Part shown: positions 51,152 to 64,000 of the stretch, piece by piece
How positions within the stretch are numbered: the first letter of the stretch is position 1
Layout: every line of letters begins with the position of its first letter
NCBI GenBank assembly: GCA_050273025.1
Contig: CP158636.1
Coordinates: forward strand, 9,734,001 to 9,798,000
Length of the DNA stretch: 64,000 nucleotides
Direction of reading: 5' to 3'
DNA from: Cenococcum geophilum
Lineage: Eukaryota
Made by a program: the position numbers and the translations under genes
Notes under the pieces: generated by a model
Told to the model about the DNA's origin: nothing
Seen by the model: the letters and a program-made list of their open reading frames with translations, nothing else
Database searches by the model: none

Positions 51152-53395
51152 GTACTGTAAAAAGGTAAAGAATATTACTAGCCTATAGTCCTTTAAAACG
51201 GACTACTTAAGTACTAGGAACGGCTAATAGTAGCTAAAAAACATAACTTATGGACCCGGCTTATTACCAAAGCTTATACCTAGGTCTCTACGGCCTACCC
51301 TAAAAAAATAAAACCCGTAAGATTATTAGTAACCGCTACTACTAGCCTAAATAGTTATAGATATTAACCGCTATATACGGAACTATAACAACTACTATAG
51401 ATTTATAATTCCATAGGATAAGACCCTAGGACTATTAAAGCCACTTCTAGTCCTAGAATGCCCCTAGTAGTATATCTTTATAGACTTTTATAAACTACCT
51501 ATAAACCGTAACGGATATAATATAGTTATAATCCTAGTTAACCGCTTTAGTAAGCGCCCGTTTTTAATCCTCTATTATAAAAATATTAATACTAAAGAGG
51601 CGGCCTAACTATATTTTTACTACGTCTACTAAATTTACGGACTATTAGATACTATTATATCTAATTATAGGCCGCAATATATATTGGCTTTCTAGAATAA
51701 GTTTACCTAAATCTTAGGTATTAAGCTAAAGCTTTTTATAGTATACTACCCCCAGATAGATAGTTAGACGGAAATTATAAATTATTACTTAGACTAAAGA
51801 CTTCGGCCCTTTATTAACTACTTTTAAGATAACTAGGCTAAACTACGCCCAAGTGACCCTACCTTACGACTCTATAGAATTTACCCCTATCTAGCTAAAA
51901 ATAAGCTACTTACCCTATATAAGCTTTAACTGGGAAAAACTAGAAGAACCCCAAACTATACGCGAAAAACTATCTTATAAGAAAGCCTAGTAGTACGCTA
52001 AGCGCTTAGAAGAAGCCTAGATAGTAGCCCATATAAATCTAAAAAAGGCCTAAAAATTAATATAATAGTAGGCGAATAAGTATAGACAAGAGCCTAACTT
52101 TACCGTAGGAGATATAGCCTAGGTTATAATAAAGAACTAAAAGACGGAATAACTTAGCCGTAAGCTAGACTATTAGATAGTAGGACTATATAAGGTTTTT
52201 AAAAAGATAGGCAACTTATACAAAGTAAAGCTCCTAGATTTAATTAAGGTTTACCCTATTTTCTCTTTAAATAAACTATAAAAAGCCGCAAATAACCTAT
52301 TACCTAGATAAAAGAATAAACCTCCCCTACTAATCTAAGTTAATGGTAATAATAAATAGGAAATTAAAGAAATACTGGCCTATAAGCTTATAAGGGGAAC
52401 GTTAAAATATTGTATTAGTTAGAAAGGGTATAACCTAAACCCTACTTAGTACCTTATATAGAACTTTATAGGTAGTCCCTATAAACTTTAAAAGTTTTAT
52501 AAAAGTCACCCTAGCAAACATAAACCCCTAAAGTACCTTAATAAGTAAATAGAGTACTAAAATAGCGAAGATAATAAGCTGCCTATTAAGTATAAAGATA
52601 AGAATACCCTATAGATATAATACGGATATACAAAGCCTACGGGCAAGCTTTTTTAGAGGGGGAGGTAATATTACAGCGCTGGTGAAAACTAATAGATATT
52701 AGTGGAAACTAGTAGATTATAGCTAATAAATATTAGTAGATTATGGCGGATAGTTGTAGACAGTTCTACACAGTTTTAAATAATTACTATTACGTGACTA
52801 GAGGATTATATATAACGTTAAGCGGCGCCGCCTTCCGTCTCCTTTCCTTTCTTTAACTTTAGATCCTCGTTTATAGACAATCTAATTATATAGGCTTACG
52901 CGACCCTTTTACCGTACTCGTGCCTTAATTAACTAAGTCGCTAACAGCTACTACCTATAAGTTACTAAAAGATACGTCCCTTAGCCCGTGTATATATCAC
53001 TATATAATTATAATAGGTTTCGCTATATAGTAGCTATATATAGTATTTAGAACTATTTATAGTTATATTATACTCTTATAATTATTACCAGTATTAGATA
53101 GTCTTGGTATCTTTTTTCTTATCTTAGCCTACTTTTAAGCTTAAATTAGCCTTTTCTTTATATACCAACTTCTATAGTAATAATGTAAATTTAGTTAACT
53201 TTAATATCTTCTACTTAATACTTGACTTTTAATTAGCTATAATAGTACTATAGTAAATAGGGTTAGTTTGTCCTTATTAATCTATCTAAGTAAACAGTTA
53301 TTTTACCTCTAAGAGCTTATAGCTTAGCTTAACTATAATAGTATAATTTACGCGCTATAGGTTAATAAATAGTCTAATTAATATAAAGGTACAAA

Positions 53396-55264
53396 TGTAA
53401 CGGGACTAGCCCAGTTACAGTAAAAATGTCTTAGTAAAACACTTAATAGATAAATTCTACCAAGTTCTACCAAATTCTACCAAAACGAACGTTTTAGTAA
53501 AAATTGACGCTTAACCGAATTCTTCCGAATTCTGCTAGCTTAATTAACTTCTGCTAAGTTCTACTAGTTTTATTAAATTCTACTAAAGTTTGTTAAAGAC
53601 CGTATATATTAACTACTAAGACCTCTAACTATTTAATTATAAAATTCTCTTATTATTTCTTTCTCTTTTTTATATAACATCTTATCCCTAGCAAAAGCTA
53701 TATACCCTTAGATTTAGATAAAATTTAAAACACTATACGAGAATCTGTAAAGGAAACTACCCTTTCTCTTTTAAAGCCACTAAGGATAAATATCCTAAAA
53801 AGCCACAATCAGCTTTCTTTCAACTAAAACTAGGAAAAGGCTTCTTTAAATCCTTCTCTAAAATAATAGGGAAGGACAAAGAAGGTAGATGCTTTAAGGA
53901 CTGTACTGCGGTACAAACCCCTACGCACCTCTTACTAGAATGCAGACTACATTGGGAAGATAGAAAGGTAATACAAAGACAAATAGGCTCTTCTCTCTCC
54001 TTAGAGAAGCTTTTTTGTACAAAGAAAGGAAGAAGGGCGCTTTTTCTATTCTTAAGTAGGACAAAAATAGCTACTAGGAAGTGGCTAAGAGCAAAAGGAT
54101 CTCTAGAAGGAGGCAACTCCTACTAAAGTCCTAGTAGATAGACTATAGAAAGCAAAAGGACAGGGACAGGCGTTAGGATTATTTATAATTTTATTCCAAT
54201 TTTCTCTACTATTTTCCTATCGTTTTCTTACTACCTAATAGTTATTAGCAACCTAGCATCTTACTAGGAAGCTATAAATCCCTAATTTAAGGATTTATAA
54301 ACTACTAGGACATAGCTACTAGTATATATTAAGCTACCTAGAAAGGATTTATGTATATAGAACTATAGCGCCATAGCCTAGAGGCTGCATGCGTAGTATT
54401 ATACGTAGTATAATACAACGGATATAAAAAATAAAAATAAAAAAAGATAAAATTTATATTATCCCTTTAAATCTTCCCTAAAGTCTCTTCGCGCCTTTAT
54501 ATTATATTACGTTAAAATAACTACTATTAAAATAGTAAATAAACTTAAATCCTCTACGTTAACTATAAGTATTATAGCCCTAGTTAGGGAACAGTTAACT
54601 ATAATATAACAGACCTTTATAGATACCTTAGCCTAGTAATAACAATTAATTAAAGCAATACGCAAAGAACTCTATAACGCTAAAGTATTTACGTTAGAGA
54701 CCCTAGTATTAATACCCTCTATAAACAAAATTAAAATAACTATATCTAAGCCTAACCTATTAAACGCGAACCCTAAACTAGTAATATTAACTTAACCTAT
54801 GTCTATAATAAATCTAATACCTATTATAAAATCTAAAAAGCTCTCTAACCCTCTAATATTTAATGGAAATTAAAATAACCTACGTCCCTTTATAACTAAG
54901 CTTTATTTTAAACTTTTAATAAACTATAACTAATACCCTACTAAAGCTAGTAAAGTTAGCTATAAAATATCTCGTTTAAGTAAAGACGTCGCATAAACTA
55001 TAGACCTATTCTTCTATAATAACACCTTTATTAATTTTAAAATCTTTATCTCTCTATTAGAATAAATATATAATAATACTAACTGTAAATATATAGCTAT
55101 TACTAAACTTAAAAATCTATAATAACGGAACTAAGACTTTACTAGCTTCTTTTTAGAATTTTTAGGCCTTATTAGCGAACTAGATTAGAATAAAGCCGCT
55201 AGAGTTACTACTCTTTAATAAGCTATTTTAGATAAGATTAAAGCCTAATTAATAGGTAGAGAAC
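53396..55264 (+). mobile_element. Family D-like gypsy 5' part (LTR 53396-53727 plus 54457-54501, partial gag)
   Basis: Homologous to the reverse complement of about 31618-30540. Confidence 0.85.
53728..54444 (+). mobile_element. 5'-truncated Tad-like LINE (ORF2 C-terminus, 3' UTR, A-rich tail)
   Basis: Encodes CFKDCTAVQTPTHLLLEC, the C-terminal CCHC-type motif of Tad/I-group ORF2. 12-bp TSD agataaaattta. Confidence 0.9.
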
Positions 55265-57625
55265 TGTTACAGAGTAAGTATAAGCGGCGATAATATATAG
55301 CAAGGTAGATATTATTAAGCTATATATATAAACTATGTAAGGAGGTTAAGACATTACGTAAGGAAAGAAGGTAGGAAAACGGGAAGAAAAGGTATATATT
55401 GTGGACTTGGCTGCTTAGTTAATATATATATAGAGTAGAATAGGATTTAGGTAGTAGTCCTAGCAGAACTTAGCAGGATTTAGTAAAACTTAGTAAAACT
55501 TAGTAAAATATAGTAGAATGCGGCAAGTTACGTTAGATTGCCGTCTTATAGTCAGTTTTCAGTTACTAAGTTAGTAGAAATAGGTAAATATATATAAGGT
55601 ATTATGGGGGTATTCTATAATAGTACCCCCCCTTTAAACTCGAGCTTCTGCGAGATAGGGCTATAGTAGTTCTAGGTAGAGTTTATAAAAGTCTTCTATA
55701 GCTTATATAAGTCCTATAAAGTTAATAGGTTCCTATAAGGGCTTAGTAAAGCCTTTCCATTTTATAAAATATATATATTAGCGTTTCCGTTTATTATACT
55801 TAATATTATTAATTCTTTTAATAAAGTACTTATTCGTACTATTTACTTTAACTAGTAGGGGAAGGTTTTATATTTATTTAGGTAGGGCGTCTAATATAGG
55901 GGTAGTAGGGTGGAGGACTAACGTATAGAATACGGGGTGGATTTTAACCATATTACGGAGCTTTAGTCGGTAGGCATAAGAGGAAATAACCTTCTTAACC
56001 TTATAAGGGCCAGCGTTCTTCTAATTAAGTTTCTTAATAGGTTGTTTTATGTTTAGATTTCTTATATTTAGCTAAATAAAGTTACTAATTTAGTAGGCTA
56101 GTACTAGGGTTTATTTCTTATTCCCTGCGGCTTTATAAATAGATTAGGCCTATATTATTTTATTAGTAAGGAATTATTATAGTTCCTCTATCTTTTCAAT
56201 AAATTTATTGACTTCTATAACTTATAAGGTATAATAAGTAAGGCAAGGAACATTACTAAAAGAGTTAAAACCCATTTATAGATACTAGCTATAGTTAGCC
56301 AGGAATAGGGAGACCTTTATAGTTTTTAAAACGGAATTATTTATAGTAAATTTAGTAAATATAAGCTAGTTAATCTAGTTATCTTATAAGTATAACATAT
56401 ATATCCGGATATACTATTCTATTATAATATTTATACGTTCTATTTAACTAACGTAGTCGGCGGGCTAGTGGCCCACGCGGGCTAGTAGCCTACCTCAAAA
56501 CTCACCAAATTTATACCTTAATATCTTAATAACCACTTAATAATAAATTCTAATAATTCGGATTTGGACTTTCATATACACTTTACAGCTTTTATTAAAG
56601 TTGCATAGTAATTAGTTTAGTAGTTTTTAATATATTAAATTTTAGGGGCTAAAATAAGGCTAAATTACTATATCTTAAAAACTACTAAACTATTTACTAT
56701 ATAACTTTAATAGAAGCTGCAAAGTGTATATAAAAGTCAAAATATAAATTATTAGAAATTATTATTAAGTAATTGTTAAGATATTAAGATATGAATTATC
56801 TAATTTTTGGTTGGGTTTTGAGATAGGCCACTAGCCCGCGTAGGCCACTAGCCCGCCGACTACGTTATCTATTTTTAGGTAGTATACTATAAATAATAAT
56901 ACTTTAATGCGGAGTTAGGTAGTTAGTTTTTCTAAAATATTGAAATAAACTAGCTGCCTTTATTAGAGATAATCGTTTTAGGGAGTTTATAGAGTTTCTA
57001 TATATAATCTGGGAATAGTTAGGTAATAGTAGGTGTTAATATATTAGGGTAGGCAATTAAGTATCTTATCTTAGATAGTTAATCTATAACTACTATAATA
57101 TTTATACAACCCTTACTTATATAGAGGTTAATAATAAAGTTAATTAAGATATCGTTTTATCTTTGGTTTAGAACAGGTAGGAGCTTTAAAAGGCCGTTAT
57201 ATATCTTATGCGAAGCTTTAGCTCGTTAGTAGATATAGTAGCTAAAGATATACCTTCGTATTATATTATGCATATTCAGCTAATAGTATTCTTATTAGAG
57301 CAGTTCTAGGGTTTTTTCTTAGCCTAGGTAGCTGGCTATTAGTAGATTATATATATATTTAAGGAGTTTAAGCTTAAGTTTATTATAGTTAGGTATAACT
57401 AGGCGGTTTTAGTAATATAAGCAGTTTCCGTAGTCTTTATATTTACTTAAAGAAATCCTTTTAAAGCGTCTAATGCTATCTTATATTAGCTTAAGTATCT
57501 CTTAAATAAACTTATTATTTAGGTATTTGTTAACTATAATCTATTTAATTAATTAATTGGTTATTTTAAGAACGTATACTATAAGATCTTTAATAAAAGG
57601 GTTAAATAGTTTAAGGTAAAGTAGG
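55265..57625 (-). mobile_element. Family E gypsy 3' part (3' LTR 55265-55622, PPT, chromodomain, integrase)
   Basis: The LTR is the reverse complement of the 33941 LTR and is followed by gtacccccc (PPT on the minus strand). Integrase and chromodomain remnants lie on the minus strand. Confidence 0.85.
56451..56865. mobile_element. Fot1/pogo-type fold-back MITE (ACGT ends, TA TSD)
   Basis: ta|acgtagtcggcgggctagtggcc ... ggccactagcccgccgactacgt|ta with a palindromic core. Confidence 0.9.
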
Positions 57626-58003
57626 TGTTACGGGGTAAGTATAAGCGGCGATAATATATAGCAAGGTAGATATTATTAAGCTATATATATAAACTATATA
57701 AGGAGGTTAAGATATTACGTAAGGAAAGAAGGTAGGAAAATAGGAAGAAAGGGTATATATTATAAACTTAGTTGCTTAGTTAATATAGATATAGCAGAAT
57801 AGGATTTAAGTGGTGGTCCTAGCAGAACTTAGCAGAATTTAGTAAAACTTAGTAGAATTTAGTAGAATATAGTAGAATACGGCAGGTTACTATTAGGTTA
57901 CCGTAAATTTCTATTAAATTATTATCTCGTAGTCGGTCTTTAGTTGCTAAGTTAGTAGAAATAGGTGGATATATATAAGGTATTATAGGGGTGTTCTATA
58001 ATA
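57626..58003 (-). mobile_element. Family E LTR abutting family E pol, no matching TSD
   Basis: Homologous to 55265-55622. Flanks gtagg and tatag differ. Confidence 0.85.
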
Positions 58004-58499
58004 TATAGAAGATTATAAGAAAAGATTACAGATTAATATTTTAGTAATTAAAATATAGTGGTAAGCTAAGGCCTTATATACTAAATCCTAGATAAAAGAT
58101 TTTATAGAACTATAATAAGAATATAAAATTATGTATAATACTTAAAGTTAATTATAAACTAATATAATGGCTTAGACGTAAAGTTATATAAAAATCCTTA
58201 GTTTAACCTAAATAGTTACTAATATATTTCTAGTAAGCTTTTAATAAGTCTTCTAGTAATCCTTATATCTTTTCTTTAATTATATTATTTTTTACTAAGG
58301 TTTTTTAGGAGTTTAAAGTAGGGGTTAGATAGCTAGATTATATATAGTTAAGCTAATACTTCTTTAAACCCTTTTAGAACGAGCTCTTAATAATCTCCCT
58401 TTACTATAAGGTAATAGCAATTAGGGACTAACTATAAGAAGGGGGGGGGGAGGGGGGGGTAATATAAGGGATACTATTATAGTTACCTTAAGATGCCCT
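58004..58499 (+). mobile_element. Family C 3' end fragment (3' region, PPT, first 37 bp of LTR)
   Basis: Collinear with about 42530-43020. Confidence 0.85.
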
Positions 58500-59796
58500 T
58501 ATTATAGGACACCCTTATAATACCTTATATATATCTACCTATTTCTACTAACTTAGTAACTAGAGACTAACTATAAGACGGCAATTTAATAGTAATCTAC
58601 TATATTCTGCTATATTTTACTAAGTTTTACTAAGATCTACTAAATCCTATTAAGTTCTACTAGAACTACTACCTAAATTCTATTCTACTTTATATATATA
58701 TTAACTAAGTAACTAAGTCTATAATATATACCCTTTTTTTCCTATTTTCTTACCTTATTTCCTTATATAACGTCTTAACCTCTTTATATAGTTTATATAT
58801 ATAGCTTAATAATATCTACCTTACTATATATTATCGCCGCCTATACTTACTCTGTAATACTATATTATATTAACTACCTATACTACTATTAATATATAAA
58901 ATAAACCCAAAGCTCTTATAATAGCCGCTAGTATTATATCCACACTCTAAAAATAATTAGTAAAGATATAAAAGTCTTTTATAAACGCCCTTATATAAAA
59001 CTAAGCTACTTTAAATTAATAATAAGCTAAATAAGAAGTATAATACTAGTAATTAATTAAGGACCTCTAAGAAGAAATCTGTACCCTTAAAATGCCTATA
59101 CTAAAACCTTAAAACCAAATACTATCTTTAGAGATAAATATATAGAATATAAGCCCTAAACCTATAGTAGTCTTTTACCCTAAGCTAACTATTATACTAT
59201 AACAATCTAAATAATTATTAGATCCCCTAGTATCTATTAATAAATAATAAAAGCTTTAATTATTTTTATGCTAGCTTAAAAATAAGCTAACTAATAATAC
59301 TAACCACTACCTAACTAAAGCTAACTAACTCTATTACGCCCTAAGTTAACTAAAAAAAGTAGTTAACCTTATTAAACCTCTTTAGCTAAACTTAGTATAA
59401 AGCCTAGTTATACTTCTTAAAGCTATATACGGTAACCTAAATTACTAAGCTACTACTTAGAGGAAAATAAACTATATAGCTTAAGAAATAAAAAGTTTCC
59501 TAGTATACTTCTCTAAATTTAACTATTACGTAAAGAAAACTAGCTAGAATAACTCTATACTAATTAACAGCCTTATTAAATTCTTAAGCCTTAAACTAAA
59601 AACCTTCCTAATAGGCGTAAATCTACTAGGAGCCCTTAATGCCTATATAAATGTTATTAATAAATAGTATAATAATATACTATGCCTAATACTAAAACAC
59701 GCTCCTTAATATAATATAATAGCCCTATAAATATCTACTTAGTTATTTTAGTTTAAGCACTATAATGCTATAGATATTAATACTAGAACCCTAAAA
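58500..59796 (+). mobile_element. Family E 5' LTR (58500-58859) and gag, interrupted
   Basis: LTR homology to other E copies. The gag is collinear with 61005-61955. Confidence 0.85.
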
Positions 59797-60633
59797 TGTT
59801 ACGGACGCTTTAAGTACAATATTACGACTACTAGGAGAGGAGTTAAAAGAAGCTAGTTAGTTAATTTAGGTATAGTCTAGGATAGAGCCGATAGAATTAT
59901 ATAATAAGGAATAGTAACTAAGGTTACATAATATGCTACGTATTAAATGAGAGGGATAAGAGGAACTTATATACCTTATATATAACACGTATATTATATA
60001 TAAGAAGGATTTTATAGGAGTACGGTTGTATATTTAAGGACCCTTAATCCCTACCTAGATAGTCCCTTCCTTATAGTAATTCTTAGAATACAATTAGAGT
60101 TAATCTATTAGGCAACTACTTTACCAGTTATTATTACGTTATTAACTTTAATTTGCATTACCTACACACCTAGCCTAATAATAAGCCTATTGTAGTACTT
60201 GCTATAAGGTTTTATTATATAATTACTACCTAGTTACGGTATTAAATACAGAAAGTTAAACAATATACTACCAAAAGCAGCCACCATAACGCTATTAACG
60301 GCGGCAACTACTTTAAGGTTAGGAGGTAATACTAGTATAGCAGATACTAACTTATAGCAACCTATAATAGTCGGATAACTATAAGAGATAGTTAACTAGT
60401 TAATAACAAACAATACAGCATTAGAAGAAAGGATTAATAGGGTTGGCGCAGTAAGAATTAAGTTACTATCGATTAAGAGATTTTTAGGGGAGCGATTAAA
60501 ACTTAAAGAATTTCTTACGCAGATGCACTTTAAGATTATATAAGAAGGGGCGAAGCTACTAATACCTATAGATCGAATAGCCTATACGGGACTATTTCTA
60601 TTAGGAAGAGCACTTAAGTAGTTTAAGCCTTAC
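59797..60633 (+). mobile_element. Family F gypsy-like 5' LTR and start of gag, interrupted (LTR 3' boundary uncertain, about 60140)
   Basis: Starts tgttacgg exactly where the E gag breaks. About 60460-60633 reads KL..I.RF.GER.KLKEFLTQM.FKI..AYxGLFL.GRAL.WF.PY, a retrotransposon gag motif. Confidence 0.7.
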
Positions 60634-62055
60634 TGTTACGGGACACCCCCGTAACACCTTGCACACATCTACCTATTTCCACCGACTTAGCAATTAGAGA
60701 TCAACTGTAAATTAGCAATCTGACAGCAATCTAATGGCAATCTAACGGCAATCTACGGCATTCTGCCACATTCTGCTAAGTTCTACCGAATTCTACTAAG
60801 TTCTGCTAGGACCACGACCTAAACCCTATTCTGTTCTATATACGTATTAACTAAGTAACTAAGTTAACAATATATGCCCTTTCTTCCCGTTTCCCTACCT
60901 TCTTTTCTTACGTAACGTCTTAACTTTATTACACAGTTTATATACATAGCTTAATAATATCTACTTCGTTATATATTATTACCACTTATACTTACTCTGT
61001 GATACTATATTGCGTTAAAACTTATACTCCGCCCCGCCTGTTTAAAATGCAGAACGACCTTAAAGCCCCTATAACGGCCGCTAATATTATATCTATACTC
61101 CGGGAACAATTGGCAGATATATAAAAGTCCTTTATAGACGCCCTCGTATAAAACCAAGCTGCTATAGCTTAATAGCAAGCCGAACAAGAAGTATGACACT
61201 AGAAAATAATTAAGGCCCTCTAAGAAGAGATCCGCACCCTTAAGACGCCTACGCTAAGCCCCTAAGACTGATTACTATTACTAAAAGCTAATACGCGGAA
61301 TACGAGCCCTAAACTAGTAATAGTTATCCCACCGGTAGAACCAACTACTATATTATAACGATTTGAAAAACTACTAGACCCTCTAGTATTTACTAGCAAA
61401 CAACAAGAGCTTCGGTTATTCTTAAGCCGACTTAAGAATAAGCTGACTAGTAATGCTAACCGTTACCTAACTAAAGCTAACCGACTCTACTACGCCCTAA
61501 GTTGACTAGGAGGAGACGTAGCTAACCTTATTAAACCTCTCCAGCTGAACTCAGTATAAAGCCTAGTCGTACTTCTTAAAGCTATATACGGTGACCCGAA
61601 CCGCTAAGCTACCGCTTAAAGGAAGATAAACCATATAACTTAAGAAAAGAAAAGTTTTCTAGTATACTTCTCTAAATTTAATTGTTACGCAAAGAAAACA
61701 GGCTAGAATAACTCTACACTAATTAACAGCCTTATTAAATCTCTAAGCCCTAAACTAAAAACCTCCCTAATTAGTAGACTTACCGGGAGCCCTTAACGCC
61801 TGCGTAAACGTTATTAATAAACGGTATAATAATATACTACGCCTAATACTAAAGCTTACTCTTTGATATAATATAATAACCCCGCGAATGTCTACTAAGT
61901 TATTATCCTAGCCTAAGCACCCTAACGCCATAGATATTGACACTGGGACCCTAGGATATGCCCTACTAGGGTCCTCTAAACAAGAATGATGCACTAAGCT
62001 AGGCCTCTGCTTTAAATGTGGAAGTAGCTCCTACTTCTCTAATAACTGCTCTGCC
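60634..62055 (+). mobile_element. Family E 5' LTR (60634-61004) and gag up to the CCHC knuckle, interrupted by a LINE
   Basis: LTR homology to other E copies and GLCFKCGSSSxFSNNC at about 62005-62050. Confidence 0.9.
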
Positions 62056-64000
62056 CAAAACCTTCACCGCACATGCAACCTTACTAAAAGGTAGCGCCGC
62101 ACGTCAAAACTTACGCATACCCATCTTCCTATTAAAAACAATCGATTTCCTAACTTTTAAGACCTAATTCCTACTGCCTAATAAGCTAGAGGTGGATTTA
62201 TTTACCCTTTTGCCCCCTTACCCCCACGAAATTTTTTTTCGAAAGGGTGGTCCTAGCTTATAAGCGAAATAGGCAAGACAGGGATAGGAACACCAAAACC
62301 AAATATAGACTTTTCCTAGGTTTTTCTTCTAATAAAGCAAAAGCCTAATAAAATAGGGGGTGTAGGTACTTTTCTATATCTCCTTTAGTCAGATTTTCCT
62401 TAGAAAGAGAAGGATTGCCTTTTCGGGCTTTTTTGCTAGTAAAAGCCTAACAAGTCCTTTTTTCTAGTAGTTTTTTCTACTTCTAATAGAGAAGAAAATA
62501 ACTATTATAGTCTTTTTCTCTAGTTTTTCTACTACTTTTTAGTCTAATTTCCCCAGAAACTCTCTAGTAGGGTTAGTAAGGAAAAAGGACGTAGAAGGAT
62601 AGTAAAAATTAGAAAGGCTTTTTACCTAGCTTTTCACCTCTATACTAGGAGATAAGAGACCTAAGGAGGTTATTATCTACTGTAAAAACTAGGAACCCCC
62701 CCTATAAGATAATAAGGCCTACTAGGCCTAAACAAAGGCCTCCTAGAGGCGGAAATACAGAGACAAGTGACGACGAACGCTCATCTACCTCTTCTTCTTC
62801 TCTTCCGCCTTCCCCCTGCCCATCTAGGAAAGACGTAGAAAAAAAGAATACAAGAAAAAGGTAGTATATGCAATCTCCTTCTACAAAAGAGAGCCAAAAC
62901 CAAAGAAGAAAGACATTAATACCCAAGCCTATTACGGCTAGTATACCTCCTTCCTCTCTCTCTCCAAGATATCACCTACAAACGGCTCTAGATAACCTAA
63001 ACCAGGCCTATATAGGGCTAAAAGAAGAAGAAGAAAAAAGAGAGCAAGTCAAACTACTAGGGGATTACGTACAGAGCGTTTTAGTAGGAGAAAATCCCTT
63101 TATAAAAGAAAAAGAAAGGAAGGAAAGAGATGTCCTAAAAGGACTAGTAGAAGAATTAAGAGCCCTCCGTAAGGAGGTAGCCCCGAAAACCTACGCAGAG
63201 AAGCTAAAGAAGGGCCTCTCTACTTCTACTTTTGCTCCTCCTCCTTCCAGTTCATCTTCTTCTCCTTCCTCTACCTTAGTTCCCCCTACTATAAGTAAAG
63301 CAGCGAGCGGCACTACTAGTTCAACTAGCCCTACCTCTACTAGAGGGAAAAAGAAGCAGCTATAAGAAAGGGGACTAGTCCTAGTTACAGATAAAAAGGA
63401 CCAGTCTCTAGATATCTTCTCTATACGAAATATAATCAATTAGCGGTTTATGTCTAAATTGCAAATAGAGAAGCCAGTTATAGCTTCTATAGCTAGAACT
63501 AGAGAAAAGCAGAATATTCTTCTTATAACTACAGAAGAATATAATGCAGATTTTCTAGTTAAATATAAAGAAATCTGGTCAAGCTGCTTCTCCTTTAAAA
63601 GAGAACAAAAACTAGAACCCTGGGCTCAGGTAGTAGCTCACGGCGTCCCTATTCCCCCCTTTCTAGGAGAAGGAGGCTCTAAACTCCTAAAAGAGGAAAT
63701 AGAGACCTTTAATCCTATTAGGATACAGGGAATACCTAAATAGATCTCTTCTAGGGAAAAGAGATATGATCCATAAGCTAGGTTCGGCTCTATAGTCTTT
63801 ACTATAGAAAACGAGGAGAAAAGACAGGAAATCCTTAAGCAGAAGGAAATCCTAATTGCAGGGGTAGCTGCTAAGGTGGTTAAATACCTAAAAGTCTCTC
63901 CTACTATACAGTGTACAAGTTGCCAAAAATTTGGCCATATAGGAGATAGGTGCTCTACTAGGGCCTGTCGATTTTGTGCAGCAGTATATCTATCTAAAGA
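62056..64000 (+). mobile_element. Tad-like LINE 5' UTR and ORF1 (RIP stops), running off the window end
   Basis: ORFs 62868-63365 and 63450-63743 share a frame. Motifs PWAQVVAHGVP, CTSCQKFGHIGDRC and CRFCA are typical of Tad/I-group ORF1. The 5' boundary is approximate. Confidence 0.85.

Larger units (their letters stand above)
23672..52946 (+). mobile_element. Gypsy chromovirus family B', full length but expanded to 29 kb by nested insertions
   Basis: 278-bp LTRs at 23672-23949 and 52669-52946 with perfect TSD gctac. Internal pieces are 32272-33940 (gag/PR), 43221-45535 (RT/RH) and 51157-52668 (IN/chromodomain). Confidence 0.95.
23053..53395. mobile_element. Unclassified heavily RIPed repeat (23053-23671 and 52947-53395) into which B' inserted
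   Basis: Clustered tagcatttagc motifs at 23055-23160 and about 23345 resemble subterminal repeats. No domain is recognisable. Confidence 0.35.

Noticed and set aside
1..64000. Starship element, telomere array, or rRNA/tRNA genes
   Set aside because: I saw no tyrosine-recombinase captain, no tandem TTAGGG array and no recognisable structural RNA gene.

Overview
Filamentous-ascomycete (Pezizomycotina-type) genomic DNA made up almost entirely of nested transposable elements degraded by RIP-type mutation (TpA-rich, CpA/TpG-poor; LTR TG..CA ends often read TA..TA; Trp/Gln/Arg codons turned into stops). One intact host gene, a two-exon F-box protein (9337-10505), lies in a GC-balanced island at about 7.9-11.6 kb. 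The rest comprises several Ty3/gypsy families (labelled A, B/B', C, D, E, F here), one Ty1/copia, Tad-like LINE pieces, a piggyBac-like element, hAT-, Mutator- and Fot1-type non-autonomous elements, and minisatellites. Element B' spans 29 kb because it hosts at least seven nested insertions. The most unusual observations are: (1) an antisense, two-intron gene with a Zn2Cys6-like six-cysteine motif inside gypsy family C; (2) CCC..GGG-ended piggyBac-like elements that duplicate 2 bp (AT) instead of TTAA, the large one carrying a second, convergent, intron-containing ORF; (3) two MITEs sharing one palindromic core under different TIRs; (4) a non-coding, minisatellite-bearing retroposon carrying the LINE 3' tail. 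All alignments and translations were done by eye, and family labels are local names.
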